A program made the position numbers and the translations under genes. A DNA stretch of 64,000 nt from a virus (lineage: Duplodnaviria; Caudoviricetes). The notes under the pieces are model-generated. The model did no database searches. It was not told the origin of the DNA and saw nothing but the letters and a program-made list of their open reading frames with translations. Each line of letters opens with the position of its first letter. The first letter of the stretch is position 1. Location: the IMG/VR virus record IMGVR_UViG_3300049320_000001, positions 17,655 to 81,654 of that record; one strand, written 5' to 3'. Positions 46,842 through 57,100 of the stretch are shown piece after piece.

Positions 46842-47623
46842 GTCTGACCAGGCAACTCAAGGACATGAAGCGCGGGCTCCTGGTGAGCCCGCTGCACGAG
46901 GCCTACCTCTCTCGGCCCTTCGCAGGCAACGTGCTGCTGGACGACAAGATCGCTGAGTTCGTGAAGCAGCAACTCATGCAACCCCAGCGGGATCGACGCT
47001 TGACATGGAGTGCATCGGGTCTAGGATCGTGTGAGCGCATGAGAGTGTTGAGTTGGGTTGGCACAGCGCCAGCCAAGGATCGCTTCACCAGCGACACCAA
47101 CAACTACTTCATCCATGGGACGTGGACCCACCTCAAGTGGCAGTCCATGGGCTTCGACGCTGGATGGCTCGCTGAGGCTGAGGTCTCCTGCTCCATCCCG
47201 CTGATGGAGTTGACCGGCACCATCGACGGCATCCTCACCACAGGGGAGGGCTGGGAACTCAAGAGCATCAACTCACGAGGGTTCCGCATGATCGCTAGTG
47301 ATGGGCCTCTGGAGAAGCATCTCTTGCAGATCCACGCCTACATGATCGCCACAGGCATCAGGACCTGGTCCTTGGTCTACGAGGACAAGGACACCCAGCA
47401 GTGGCGTGAGTACGTCATCCCCTATGACGAGGGCATGGGCCAGGAGGTTATGAATGAACTGGCGAGACTCAATGCAGCGCTGGCGACAAAGACACTGCCT
47501 CCTGTGCTTCCTGCTTGTCAGCGAAAGGAAGGGTCCGCCTTCAAGCAGTGTCCCCACAAGGACGTCTGCCTCGACATCAAGCGCTGGCCTGCGCCAGCCA
47601 GACTCAGGATTGCCCGTGGCTGA
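46838..47623 (+). CDS. Cas4-like PD-(D/E)XK exonuclease
   Basis: ASGLGSCER, GTWTH, GTIDG..WELKS, QIHAYM, C..(9)..C..(5)..C Fe-S cysteines. Confidence 0.85.
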   Translation: MSLTRQLKDMKRGLLVSPLHEAYLSRPFAGNVLLDDKIAEFVKQQLMQPQRDRRLTWSASGLGSCERMRVLSWVGTAPAKDRFTSDTNNYFIHGTWTHLKWQSMGFDAGWLAEAEVSCSIPLMELTGTIDGILTTGEGWELKSINSRGFRMIASDGPLEKHLLQIHAYMIATGIRTWSLVYEDKDTQQWREYVIPYDEGMGQEVMNELARLNAALATKTLPPVLPACQRKEGSAFKQCPHKDVCLDIKRWPAPARLRIARG

Positions 47624-47822
47624 GGACGAAGGCATCCAGATCATGCACGAGATCACCATCGAGGGCTATCGCATCACGGTCTTCAAGAAGACGGGTGAGT
47701 TCGTCCTGACGTGGTTGATGGATGCAGAAGAGGCCCTGGAGATGTCACACACCATGGCCAAGACCGTGGTGGACCACTACACCAACATCATCAAGATCGT
47801 GAAGGAGAAGTCCGGTGAGTGA
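47616..47822 (+). CDS. Hypothetical protein
   Basis: GTG start overlapping the Cas4-like gene end. Confidence 0.5.
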   Translation: MAEDEGIQIMHEITIEGYRITVFKKTGEFVLTWLMDAEEALEMSHTMAKTVVDHYTNIIKIVKEKSGE

Positions 47823-48342
47823 ACAGGAGAGCCCTCTCAAGAGGATGGCCCGTCAGCAGATCGAGCAAGAGAAGATGATCGCTGAGGCCAAGGCGAAGAA
47901 GGCTAGGCAGCAGAAGCGTGAGGATGCTCGGGAGACCCTCAGGGAGAGCGTGAACCGCATGAACGATGTGGCGCAGAAGGCTGAGAAGGGGATGTTGAAG
48001 TGGACTGACCCAGGGTCCTCTCCTTTGACGGACATCAAGGCTGCCTACGTCACTCTCACGTCCTCTAAGGGGGAGCCTTTCCACTTGGAGTTGAAGGCCG
48101 ATGGCACGCTCACCAACGCCAACACCATCACCTTCAAGAAGGCCACTGGCATTGCCCACTACACCACGCAGCGAGAGAGGATGGAGTTCACCGGCAAGCC
48201 AGATGTGTACGTGAATACTGCACAGAAGAGCAACGTGCTGGATGCGCTGGACAAGGTGTTCAAGCAGGTCGTGGACAAGGGCGAGGTAGATGGTGAGATC
48301 GAGTACGAGGTCATCATCACTGCCAAGGCGAAGTTGAAGTGA
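47815..48342 (+). CDS. Hypothetical protein
   Basis: Coupled; coding-like codon usage. Confidence 0.6.
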   Translation: MSEQESPLKRMARQQIEQEKMIAEAKAKKARQQKREDARETLRESVNRMNDVAQKAEKGMLKWTDPGSSPLTDIKAAYVTLTSSKGEPFHLELKADGTLTNANTITFKKATGIAHYTTQRERMEFTGKPDVYVNTAQKSNVLDALDKVFKQVVDKGEVDGEIEYEVIITAKAKLK

Positions 48343-48734
48343 GTGAAGCGCCACGATTCGTTGTCAGACGCGCTCCAACGCATCACACCACTCGTCTCAG
48401 GAGTATTGAGTTGCCCGAAGGCCTACCCAAGGTTGCGGATCTCGTACAAGAACTCGATGCTTACCGTGATGTTCTCCTGGGGCGTGTTGATCCGCCTGTG
48501 GATGCGGGGGTGGCATCCCTCATGGAGTGTGCGGATGCGTACTTCGCCCGTGCGTGCGAGATCGACATGCTCATCCACCAAGGCGAGCGAGAGTTCACCA
48601 TCGGCAAGGGAGACGACCACTACAAGTTCCGGACCGGAGAGTTGAGGGCTTTCCTCGACCTGACCAAGCGTGCTGCGGAGATGGGATCACGCAGGATCAC
48701 TCTGGCCCAGATGCAGATGAACCACGGGAGATGA
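48339..48734 (+). CDS. Hypothetical protein
   Basis: GTGA overlap; helical. Confidence 0.55.
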   Translation: MSEAPRFVVRRAPTHHTTRLRSIELPEGLPKVADLVQELDAYRDVLLGRVDPPVDAGVASLMECADAYFARACEIDMLIHQGEREFTIGKGDDHYKFRTGELRAFLDLTKRAAEMGSRRITLAQMQMNHGR

Positions 48735-48735
48735 C

Positions 48736-49029
48736 ATGGCCAAGCCTTGGCTAGAGAGAGAAGCCAACGGCAAGTACATGGGTGAGGTGACGTGTCAGGT
48801 GTGTGGTGAGCCTGCCCGGTACAAGACCCTACGTATGTGCCGTAGGTGCTACGACCGTCAGCGCCAGACAGGTGTGGTGATCGGCCCACCTCGGCACTGG
48901 AGCATCGGCAACGCTCAGAAGTGCATGGTGCCTGATTGCGAGACGCCCATGAAGGGACAGGGGCTGTGCCAGAAGCACTACTCGGTCTACTTCCGGATGA
49001 AGAAGAAGGTGGAGCGTGATCTGTCCTAA
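48736..49029 (+). CDS. Double Zn-finger protein
   Basis: CQVC..CRRCY and CMVPDC..GLCQKHY. Confidence 0.6.
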   Translation: MAKPWLEREANGKYMGEVTCQVCGEPARYKTLRMCRRCYDRQRQTGVVIGPPRHWSIGNAQKCMVPDCETPMKGQGLCQKHYSVYFRMKKKVERDLS

Positions 49030-49121
49030 GTGCAGAGTGCAAGATCATCAGCACTGCTACGACACGCTACACAAGACGATGTACTCGTCATGCTTCTGCC
49101 AACACCGTACAGTGAGTCTTC

Positions 49122-49631
49122 GTGCCGATCATGGGGATGGATCTCAGCAGCCGAAGCGTGGCGATGGTGGTACTCGCTGGCAAGGCAGTACACGCTAAGA
49201 AGATCGAAGTACCAGCCTCTCGGACCAAGGATCGGGCTTACGTCCAGACCACCTTGTACCGAGAGGCTTCTTCGTACCTGGACGAAGTGGGGCCAACTCA
49301 CGTCTTCATCGAAGAGCCTGTGGTTGCTGGAGCACGAAATCTTCGCTCTAGCCTCTTGATTGCACAGACATGTGGTTCCATGCTCTGTGTTGCTGGGATG
49401 GAGCGGGTAGTTCGACTTGTCCCTGTCTCTTCTTGGAAGAAGGCCACCGTTGGCATCGGATCAGCAGACAAAGATGCTGTCAGACGCTACATCGATACGT
49501 TCCATCCCCAAGTTGCGAAGGTCTGCGGATTCGATCAAGACCTCTACGACGCAGCCTGTGTTGCCCTATACGGGCAAGGACTTCTCCGCAGAGTCAGTCA
49601 ACTCAGCGATGGCTTTCAAGATGACCCATGA
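49122..49631 (+). CDS. ruvC: RuvC-like Holliday junction resolvase
   Basis: IMGMDLS, VFIEEP, WKK..GIGSADK, DLYDAAC. Confidence 0.85.
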   Translation: MPIMGMDLSSRSVAMVVLAGKAVHAKKIEVPASRTKDRAYVQTTLYREASSYLDEVGPTHVFIEEPVVAGARNLRSSLLIAQTCGSMLCVAGMERVVRLVPVSSWKKATVGIGSADKDAVRRYIDTFHPQVAKVCGFDQDLYDAACVALYGQGLLRRVSQLSDGFQDDP

Positions 49632-49977
49632 GTATCCCGAGTGGCATGAGCATGGTGTGTGTCGGGATCATTCACAGGAGACCTTCTTCGGTGGGGAGGA
49701 GCAACCAGGCAAGAAGCGTCATCGCCCAACGATGACCATGAGCGAGGTACAGCGGGCCAAGGCCATCTGCAACACCTGTCCAGTGATGCTGGAGTGCCAG
49801 ACCTACGCCCTGGAGAACCACGAGGAGTTCGGGGTCTGGGGAGGAACCACCAAGCGTGACCGTGACCGCTGGTGGAAGGAGCATGGTGTGAGTCACATGG
49901 ACGCTTACACCCATGATGAAGGGTTTGACACAGTTGCTTCGATGGAAGACGATGATCACGCAGCAGCAGCGGGGTAG
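49621..49977 (+). CDS. whiB: WhiB-family Fe-S transcription factor
   Basis: W....VC..TFF..AKAICNTCPV..EC..YAL..GVWGGTT. Confidence 0.92.
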   Translation: MTHEYPEWHEHGVCRDHSQETFFGGEEQPGKKRHRPTMTMSEVQRAKAICNTCPVMLECQTYALENHEEFGVWGGTTKRDRDRWWKEHGVSHMDAYTHDEGFDTVASMEDDDHAAAAG

Positions 49978-50047
49978 GAGCCGACCGTAATCACCAGGGA
50001 TGGGTGAGGAGCGGCGGCTTCAACTCTTTCTAGCGCCCACACACGAC

Positions 50048-50080
50048 GAAGCCCCCGTATCCGTTGGGACCGGGGGCTTC
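50048..50080. terminator. Intrinsic terminator closing the replication operon
   Basis: GAAGCCCCCG...CGGGGGCTTC. Confidence 0.75.
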
Positions 50081-50161
50081 GCCCTTCTCAGGTTCGACCT
50101 GTCATAACACTACTGTCCTCCTTGATAGGGGATGGGACGTAGTCTTGGCAGAGACATTCAC

Positions 50162-50182
50162 ACCCTATCACACCCTCTACAC
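50162..50182 (-). promoter_or_regulatory. Phage-specific extended -10 promoter motif (copy)
   Basis: Minus strand GTGTAGAGGGTGTGATAGGGT; 17-nt exact match to 62770-62786. Confidence 0.6.
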
Positions 50183-50211
50183 ATGACAAAGCCCCCTTGC
50201 GGGGGCTCTGC

Positions 50212-50460
50212 CTACTTGGGTGTCGTGAACGTGATCTTGAAGTTCGCCGGGAGAGTCAGACGCACCGGTTCCGTCAGGTCGAAGTCTCGATCCACGGGAG
50301 CCACGAAGAGAGCCAGGTCCACGTGCAGACCGTTGCGCGTCTTCGCCTCGCTCACGAGGCACTTCGCCGTCTTGATGTCCAGGAGCACTGTCTCCAGGGG
50401 GTTCTTCTTCTGCCACTTCACGAACTCGCTGAGGAGCATCGTCTGCTTCATGCGCTGCAC
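50212..50460 (-). CDS. Hypothetical protein
   Basis: GGGAG RBS; followed by hairpin GCCCCC-TTGC-GGGGGC. Confidence 0.55.
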   Translation of the reverse strand: MQRMKQTMLLSEFVKWQKKNPLETVLLDIKTAKCLVSEAKTRNGLHVDLALFVAPVDRDFDLTEPVRLTLPANFKITFTTPK

Positions 50461-50690
50461 TCTCCCATCGCGTCTTGGAGCCTGGAGTAGAACAAGCCGT
50501 TCATCGTGAGGGGCTCGAAGCCGTAGGTGGCGCTGTCGTTACGCAGCACCTCCCTACTGACGTCGATGAGGCGAGTGCACCTCTCCTTCTGACGTGACGT
50601 GCCTGACTTCCAGCCACAGAACGCAGCGAGAGCAGAGAGCACGAGGATGGTGACGATGAACCTCGCTCTGCTGATCTCCATCTGAGACCT
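50448..50690 (-). CDS. Single-TM secreted/membrane protein
   Basis: AAGGAGG RBS; promoter TTGTCT-17-TACAGT at 50704-50732. Confidence 0.6.
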   Translation of the reverse strand, partial: RSQMEISRARFIVTILVLSALAAFCGWKSGTSRQKERCTRLIDVSREVLRNDSATYGFEPLTMNGLFYSRLQDAMGECSA

Positions 50691-50770
50691 CCTTTCTGCC
50701 TTGACTGTAGCACACCGTAGAGGGTTAGACAAGAAAGGTGTAGCGCGTTGCTAGACACCAGAGGCACAAC

Positions 50771-51283
50771 GTGCCTAGGCTGCACACTGTGACCGAGCCT
50801 ATGGAACTGGAGCGCCATGACCCGTTCCTCCTCCCTGATGAGCATGAACTCGAACACGAGATCATCAAGCCTCGTTGGTGGTACGCCCAGCAGTTGAAGA
50901 TCGCTGGTGCGACGTGGGACGACATCGCCAAGGCGTTGGGATACGAGTCGGGAGAGAGCGCTCGTACGACAGTCACCAAGGCCAAGAGGGTCAGGTCCAA
51001 GGAGGAGATGGAAGACATCCTCGACCTGGAACTCGACAGGCTGGACCTGCTGCAACTCGCTCAGTGGCGCATGGCGATCCATGGGGATCACAAGTCAGCC
51101 GCTCTGGTCCTCCAGATCATGGCGATGCGAGCCAAGTACCTGGGCTTGGAGAAGAAGCCCAACGAGGGTCCTCAGGTGACCAACAACGCTGCGTTCTTCA
51201 TCGGTGGCTCCAGTGAGGAGTACGTGGAGCAACTCCAGAAGGCTCGGGAGATGGTCTTCAACAAGGTGAAGGAGGTGGAGTGA
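50771..51283 (+). CDS. Probable terminase small subunit (HTH)
   Basis: LKIAGATWDDIAKALGY..LELDRLD..W..GDHKSA..RAKYLGLE, typical of actinophage small terminases. Confidence 0.7.
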   Translation: MPRLHTVTEPMELERHDPFLLPDEHELEHEIIKPRWWYAQQLKIAGATWDDIAKALGYESGESARTTVTKAKRVRSKEEMEDILDLELDRLDLLQLAQWRMAIHGDHKSAALVLQIMAMRAKYLGLEKKPNEGPQVTNNAAFFIGGSSEEYVEQLQKAREMVFNKVKEVE

Positions 51284-51474
51284 AGATCCGCATCGCAGTG
51301 CAGGAGGACTGGCCTGTCTACGTGCCTCGGAGCAAGGACGACCACTACGCAGAGACGCTGGTGGATGTCCACAAGGGCACTGTTGACCGCTGGAAGCGTG
51401 TGATCAGGGAGTACGGCCAGGTTCAGGGCGAGATGCAGAAGGTCTACGAGGAGCATGGAGGCACAGCCAGATGA
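51280..51474 (+). CDS. Hypothetical protein
   Basis: GGAGG RBS; GTGA overlap. Confidence 0.55.
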   Translation: MKIRIAVQEDWPVYVPRSKDDHYAETLVDVHKGTVDRWKRVIREYGQVQGEMQKVYEEHGGTAR

Positions 51475-51752
51475 GTAAGACGATCAGACTGACCGGGGAT
51501 GGCACAGTCGGTGGCACGAAGGTCTACGTGGTAGAGGGCGACACCGAGGTGGACATCACCAACCAGGTGACCTCCATGGCCATCGCGCACAAGGCTGGTG
51601 ATCTGCCCAGGGTCACGCTCACCCTCACGGGGTTCACGAGCGATGCGTCCCTGGGCTTCGATGTGCGTGGGGTCTACACGCCCAAGGTGGACCAAGAGGT
51701 AGATGCCTGGCCTCCTGCTGACCCTCGTGTGGGCCAGGTGCAGAAGTGGTGA
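51471..51752 (+). CDS. Hypothetical protein
   Basis: ATGA overlap. Confidence 0.55.
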   Translation: MSKTIRLTGDGTVGGTKVYVVEGDTEVDITNQVTSMAIAHKAGDLPRVTLTLTGFTSDASLGFDVRGVYTPKVDQEVDAWPPADPRVGQVQKW

Positions 51753-52176
51753 AGATCCTCGACTGGATGCGGAACCACGAGTTCACCGCCTGGGTGCTCA
51801 TCTTCGCGTTGCTCATGGTGCTGTGGGTGTGGCCATGACAGTCCCCTCAGCCTTCTTCACTGGAGGCAAGCGTCGGGCAGAGAACGCAGATGACTACTGC
51901 GCTCACAAGGACTGCAACAAGCGCCTGAACATGCCTCCTCGGTACTGCTGCCAGGTGTGCGAGGACTCAGCGATGGCTGCCTTCGAGCGTGACAGGGAGA
52001 GGTTTGAGCGATGACCCTGACTCGCTGGTCCTGTTGTGGTGGGCACAAGACGCACGAAGAGCATGTGGCAGCAGTCAAGGAGTGCTGGGGAACGTCTCCC
52101 TCCATGTACGACCCGTTCAGTGAGGACGACCCCCGTGAGGTTCATCGGGACTTCATCGAGACCATGAGAGGCAGCC

Positions 52177-52500
52177 GTGGGGACGACAGCAGACAGGAAC
52201 GACCCAGCGCTCAAGGAAGTGGACCCGGAGACAGGGCTCCAGAAGAAGTACCTGGTGCTGAGCCAGGATGAGCGCAACAGGGGCTTCAAGCGCCCCTTCT
52301 ACGACACCTACAAGCACATCGTGTGTGGGGCCAAGACCCAGATGGGCCGTGCGTTGAGTGAGACTTACGCGGTGAGGCCTGACTTCTACCAGGCCACCTA
52401 CTGCGTGGAGTGCAAAGAGCACAAGCCTGTGGGGCACGAGGGCGAGTTCCTCTGGGTGGACAAGAACGGTCGCGTCACAGACCACAAGGTGGGGACATGA
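52177..52500 (+). CDS. Zn-binding hypothetical protein
   Basis: YKH..CG..TQM..ETYA..PDFY..TYCVECK..P..EF.W. Confidence 0.65.
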   Translation: MGTTADRNDPALKEVDPETGLQKKYLVLSQDERNRGFKRPFYDTYKHIVCGAKTQMGRALSETYAVRPDFYQATYCVECKEHKPVGHEGEFLWVDKNGRVTDHKVGT

Positions 52501-52552
52501 CGAACGTCTTGATCGGCATGCTCCTTGGTGGGATCTTCTGCTGCTTTGGGCT

Positions 52553-52981
52553 TTGGATCTGGATGATCTGGGAGAGCCAGCGATGACCAACCCTCTTGAG
52601 GTGGTGCAGAACCTCATCCTGGACACTCTTGAGCCCTTCATTGTGCGCCTTGAGGCCCTAGAGCAGCGTGCTGCTGCTGTGACTAATGTGATGGGTGGTG
52701 AAGCCACAGCAGCCCCGCAGAGGGCACAGAAGCCTGAAGCCAAGGTGGGGACACCAGAGAAGACCTCTTCTGTCTCTGAGGACCGTGTGGAGGCTGTTCT
52801 GGCCTTGCACCGTTTGGACGCTGTGCCACAACAGTGGGTGTTCAAGGGTGGCAAGCGTGAGAGCGCACCAGATGGCATGTGGGAGATCACGTGCGCTGTG
52901 TGCTCGGACCACAAGATCGACTGGAAGGAAGGCGACCCGCCTCCTCCCCGCTGCAAGACCGTCAACCTACTGACCCGATGA
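52553..52981 (+). CDS. Hypothetical protein with C-terminal CxxC..C
   Basis: Coding-like codon usage. Confidence 0.5.
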   Translation: MDLDDLGEPAMTNPLEVVQNLILDTLEPFIVRLEALEQRAAAVTNVMGGEATAAPQRAQKPEAKVGTPEKTSSVSEDRVEAVLALHRLDAVPQQWVFKGGKRESAPDGMWEITCAVCSDHKIDWKEGDPPPPRCKTVNLLTR

Positions 52982-53199
52982 GTAGTGACTGGGATGAGGA
53001 CAGTGTCAACAAGGCTGTGCTGTACCACAAGGCTCAGATCAGCAAGCACATGGAGATGGTCTATGCCCTACATGGGATCAACGTCGAGATAGTGAGGAAG
53101 AGCGACATGCGTAAGTGGAGTGAGATCAAGAAGGACATGATCTGGAAGGCCTGGGTGCAGAGCGAGAACGAGCGCATCTGGCTACGCTGGGTCAAGTAA
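52978..53199 (+). CDS. Hypothetical protein
   Basis: ATGA overlap. Confidence 0.45.
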   Translation: MSSDWDEDSVNKAVLYHKAQISKHMEMVYALHGINVEIVRKSDMRKWSEIKKDMIWKAWVQSENERIWLRWVK

Positions 53200-53527
53200 G
53201 TCTCAAGGAAGCCGGGGTTTATGACTACGAAGCGTGATGACTGGGTTTGCGAAGACTGTCTCACGCACTACGTGGTCCCTGCCCTTGCTCGGGAGTGTGA
53301 GGAGAAGCATCGTGGTGTGGGCACCAGAGAAGAGCAAGCCCCGATCCAAGATGGAGTTGCAGCAGACGATGGCCTTGTCTCTCACCAGGCAGCGCCTGAA
53401 GACTGAGATGCTCAGAAGCACCCTGAGCGCTGCGCTGCTAGACCCAAACCGGTGCGAAGACCACCTTGTCGCCTACATCCAGCGGGCACTCAGAGACATC
53501 GAGGATGACTAGCCGCACGCTCACTGT

Positions 53528-53746
53528 GTGAAGGTCTTCGCGCTGTTCGGTAGGCCTGAGTTCCTCAGGGCCTTCCATGGTTGGTGCACAGCCTTCTGGC
53601 TGCCCTTCACCGTGCTGGCCTATGCAGTGGGGTGGCTAGAGAGCGTTGTGTTCGTCTCGTTGGTCTCGATGCTTGCCCTGTTCTTGGGCTCCTTCTCATC
53701 CTGGCAGGCTGCTCGTGTAGAGGTGAAGCAGGATGAAGAGGATTGA
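53528..53746 (+). CDS. Two-TM membrane protein
   Basis: HGW..FWLP..SVVFVS..SSWQAA. Confidence 0.55.
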   Translation: MKVFALFGRPEFLRAFHGWCTAFWLPFTVLAYAVGWLESVVFVSLVSMLALFLGSFSSWQAARVEVKQDEED

Positions 53747-53817
53747 GCACGCGCACAAGCCTTGGTACGACAAGTACGCCTTCGAGATCATGGGTGCCTT
53801 CGCACTCATCGGGGTAG

Positions 53818-54033
53818 GTGCAACCCCAGGGATGGTGTGGGGATTGTGGACCTCTAGGAGCAATCGTGAACATCATTGCCTTCGTCCTCTTCATCGTTGC
53901 GGCCCTGATCTTCCTGATCGGTGACCCCTTCTGGACGCGCTACCAGCGCTCAGCCCTGCACGTAGGGCTCTTCGTGCTCACGGTGGGCTTCATCGTTGAG
54001 TTCTGTGCCAAGACACACGCTGTGGGGTTCTGA
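53818..54033 (+). CDS. Small membrane protein (start uncertain)
   Basis: Two hydrophobic helices. Confidence 0.45.
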   Translation: MQPQGWCGDCGPLGAIVNIIAFVLFIVAALIFLIGDPFWTRYQRSALHVGLFVLTVGFIVEFCAKTHAVGF

Positions 54034-54134
54034 TGTCTCTGCTCTGGTTCTTGATCCTCGTTCTCATCATCGCCTTCATCTTGGGCGTGTTGCGGTAGTT
54101 GGACTTTGTGCTCTGAGGGCACCAGACTCACTTC

Positions 54135-57100
54135 GTGGGGCTCTTCGCTGATTCGCTACGCATCGCACAGCGCGTCTCCTACACGTCCAACGTCGATGGC
54201 TACGAGGGCGGTCAGCCTGAGCAACTGACCCCGATCCCGGACAGTGACGCCGTCAAGGCGATGATCGCTGACTACCTGTCCACGGTAGACATCACGGGCA
54301 CGCTCAGCCCCTACATCAGCACGCTCCAGGCTGACATCTCGCTGTTGTCAAACATCATCAACAGCGTCATCACCACCACAACAACCCGTGATGCCAATGG
54401 CAACGTGGTGTCATCCACCACGAACACGGGTGTGGGGCTCACCTCCCTCACAGGGACAGCCAACCAACTCGTCACCAACTCCTCCATCGGTGACGTCACG
54501 ATCTCGATCCCCAACAACCCCTTGCTCCCTGGTGTGGTGACAGCACAGGGCTTCGCTCCTAGTGGGTTCAGTGGCTCAACCCAGCCCACTCGCTTCATGG
54601 GTGGCACCGTCAGTGGTGCTCCCACCACAGGCACGTGGTTGCAGGGTGACTACGTCGTAGGCATCACCAACGGCACGATGTGGGTCTGCACCACAGCAGG
54701 CTCACCTGGTACCTGGTCTGGTGTCGGTGGAGGCTTCGCTGGCTTTGGGGCCAGTGTGGTCTCTGAGACTGCCTTCGGTCAGTCCGCTGCGTTGGGCTCA
54801 GGCACCACTGCTGCCTACGCCAACCACACACACGGCACTCCAGCCACCCCGGTGACCTCTGCCATCGCAGGCGCAGGCATCGGGGTGAGTGGTGCTACCG
54901 GGGCTGTGACGATCACCAACAGCGGTGTCACCAACCTCGCCTTGGGAGCGACCACAGCCAACCTGACCCTGACAGCCAGCACAGGGTCGATCCAGGTCTC
55001 GATGTCCCCCACACCCTCGTTCACCACGGTTGGGGTCTCTGGCCTAAGCACCCTCAGTGGTAACGCCGTGGTCAAGGGCACCCTGGACATCCAGACCACT
55101 GGCTCGTCCTCGAAGTTCTTCTTCAACACCGCCACCAGCGTGGCCACGTTCCCGACCGAGTCCTTGTCAGGTGACGCTGTCATTCAGGCGTCCATCCCCT
55201 ACAACAGACTCACGGGTGCAGCACAGGCGAGCATCCAGGCCTTCCCTGCTGGGGACTCGCAGTTCTCCATGCTCAGATGGGTCACCTCATCGGGCTCGTT
55301 CACTGATGCCAACGGGCAGCAGCGTGACGGCCTCACGATCAACAACTCGGCCACCAGGGTGGCGGACAGCACTGCGTACGCGGGCTACAGCATCGCCAAC
55401 ACCGGGATGACGACCAACGTCCTGGCTGTCTCTGGTCCTGGTTACACAGGGTTGCAGCCAGGCCAGTACCAGGCGGTCTACTACGTCAAGGTCTCCAGCA
55501 CTGCGTCTTCCTCCGCTGCCCTGACTCTTCAGGTCACGGGGACAGCAGTGAGTGCCAACCCCACGGTTGCTGTCTCTCCCTCACAGTTGGCGACGACCTA
55601 CATCGGTGTGGTGGTGCCGTTCACCATCACCTCGACCACCAACACCGTGAACACCACGATCACCAGCAACCAGTTGCCTGGGGCGGTGACCTGGCAGTTC
55701 TCGCACGTGCGTGTGCAGCAGTTCGATGGCCTGACCACGAGTTCGACCAGCCAGTACTTCTTCGCTAACGCTGCTATCACCAGTGCACAGATCCAGAGTC
55801 TTACTGCGAGTTCTATCATCGCAGGCACAATCGCCGCTGATGACATCTTCATCGGTAGTGGTGGCCACATCTACATGGGCACCAAGGCGGGTGCGCGCAC
55901 GGAACTGAGCAGCGCAGGCATCTCGTCCTACCTGAGCACGGATCTGACGAACCCCACGGTTCAGATCACCAACACCGGCACCTTCCAACTGCGTAGTGCC
56001 AACACCGGGACGAGGATCAACCTCCAGTCCAGTGTCGGCATCGAGTTGTACAACGGGGCCACGCGGACCTTCTTCGCTGATGTCGCCACAGGCAACCTCA
56101 CCCTGACCGGCTCCATCACAGCCACCAGCGGTGCGTTCACCGGAGATGTGCAGATCTCCACGGGCTCGCTGTACGCGGGGGCTAGTGCAACCTCAGGCCA
56201 GCGTCTGCGCGTGACCTCTTCGGGCATCACCGCGTTCAACGGCGCTGGCACGCAGACCTTCTCGGTGACGACCGCAGGCAACGTCACGATGTCGGGCTCC
56301 AGCACCCTTGGTGGCAGCCTCACTGTGGATGGGACAGCCACCCTCAACGGCCTCATCCAGACCGCCACCAACACAGGCAGCCTGATTGCTGGCATCACCA
56401 TCGACCCCACGGGCGTGAAGGGCTACAACAGTTCCTCCACCACCCCTGTGGTGGTCATCGACGCTGTGACCGGTGCTCTCTCTGCCTCCAGCGCCACGTT
56501 CACAGGCACTCTCACCGTGGGTGCTGCCACCACACTCAACGGGACCTTGACCCTGGGGACCGGGACGATCTCGTCCACCAACTTCACGGTGAGCAGCGCT
56601 GGTGTGGTCAACGCGACCTCAGCGACTCTCTCCTCGGTCACCATCCAGAACACCTCGACGCTCAACGGCACCGTGGCTGTGGGCGCGACCCTCACCGTCT
56701 CCGGCACGATCCAGTCCGCCACCACAGTGGGTGTGAGCGGTAGTGGCTACCGTCTGTCCACGTCGGGTCTGGAGTTCTACAACGTCTCTACGCGCAACTT
56801 CTACGTGGACATGTCAGGCAACGTGACCTCTAGCGGGACGCTGAGCCTGGCAGGGTCACTCAACGTAGCGGGCCAGATCAACGCTCCTGCCTACGCTGCC
56901 AACCCTGGCTTCTTCCAGGTCAACGCCAACGAGACCTTCGTGTCGTCCTCGGGCACGACCAACCTGGCTACTCGCCCCTCGTGTGAGTCGCTGACCAGCA
57001 CGTCTACGTCAGGTGCGGCGGTCACGCTGTCTCTCAAGGGCACCGTCATCACGGACTACGTGTCCAACGTGGACTTGGTGCCTTTCAGCGGTACGGCTTC

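Noticed and set aside
46838-47623. Cas4-like gene as sign of a CRISPR-Cas locus
   Set aside because: No repeat-spacer array or other cas genes; solo Cas4-family exonucleases are common in actinophage replication modules.
54960-56900. Internal repeats in the fibre gene as a DNA repeat array
   Set aside because: The repeats are degenerate at DNA level and explained by a repetitive beta-structured shaft protein.
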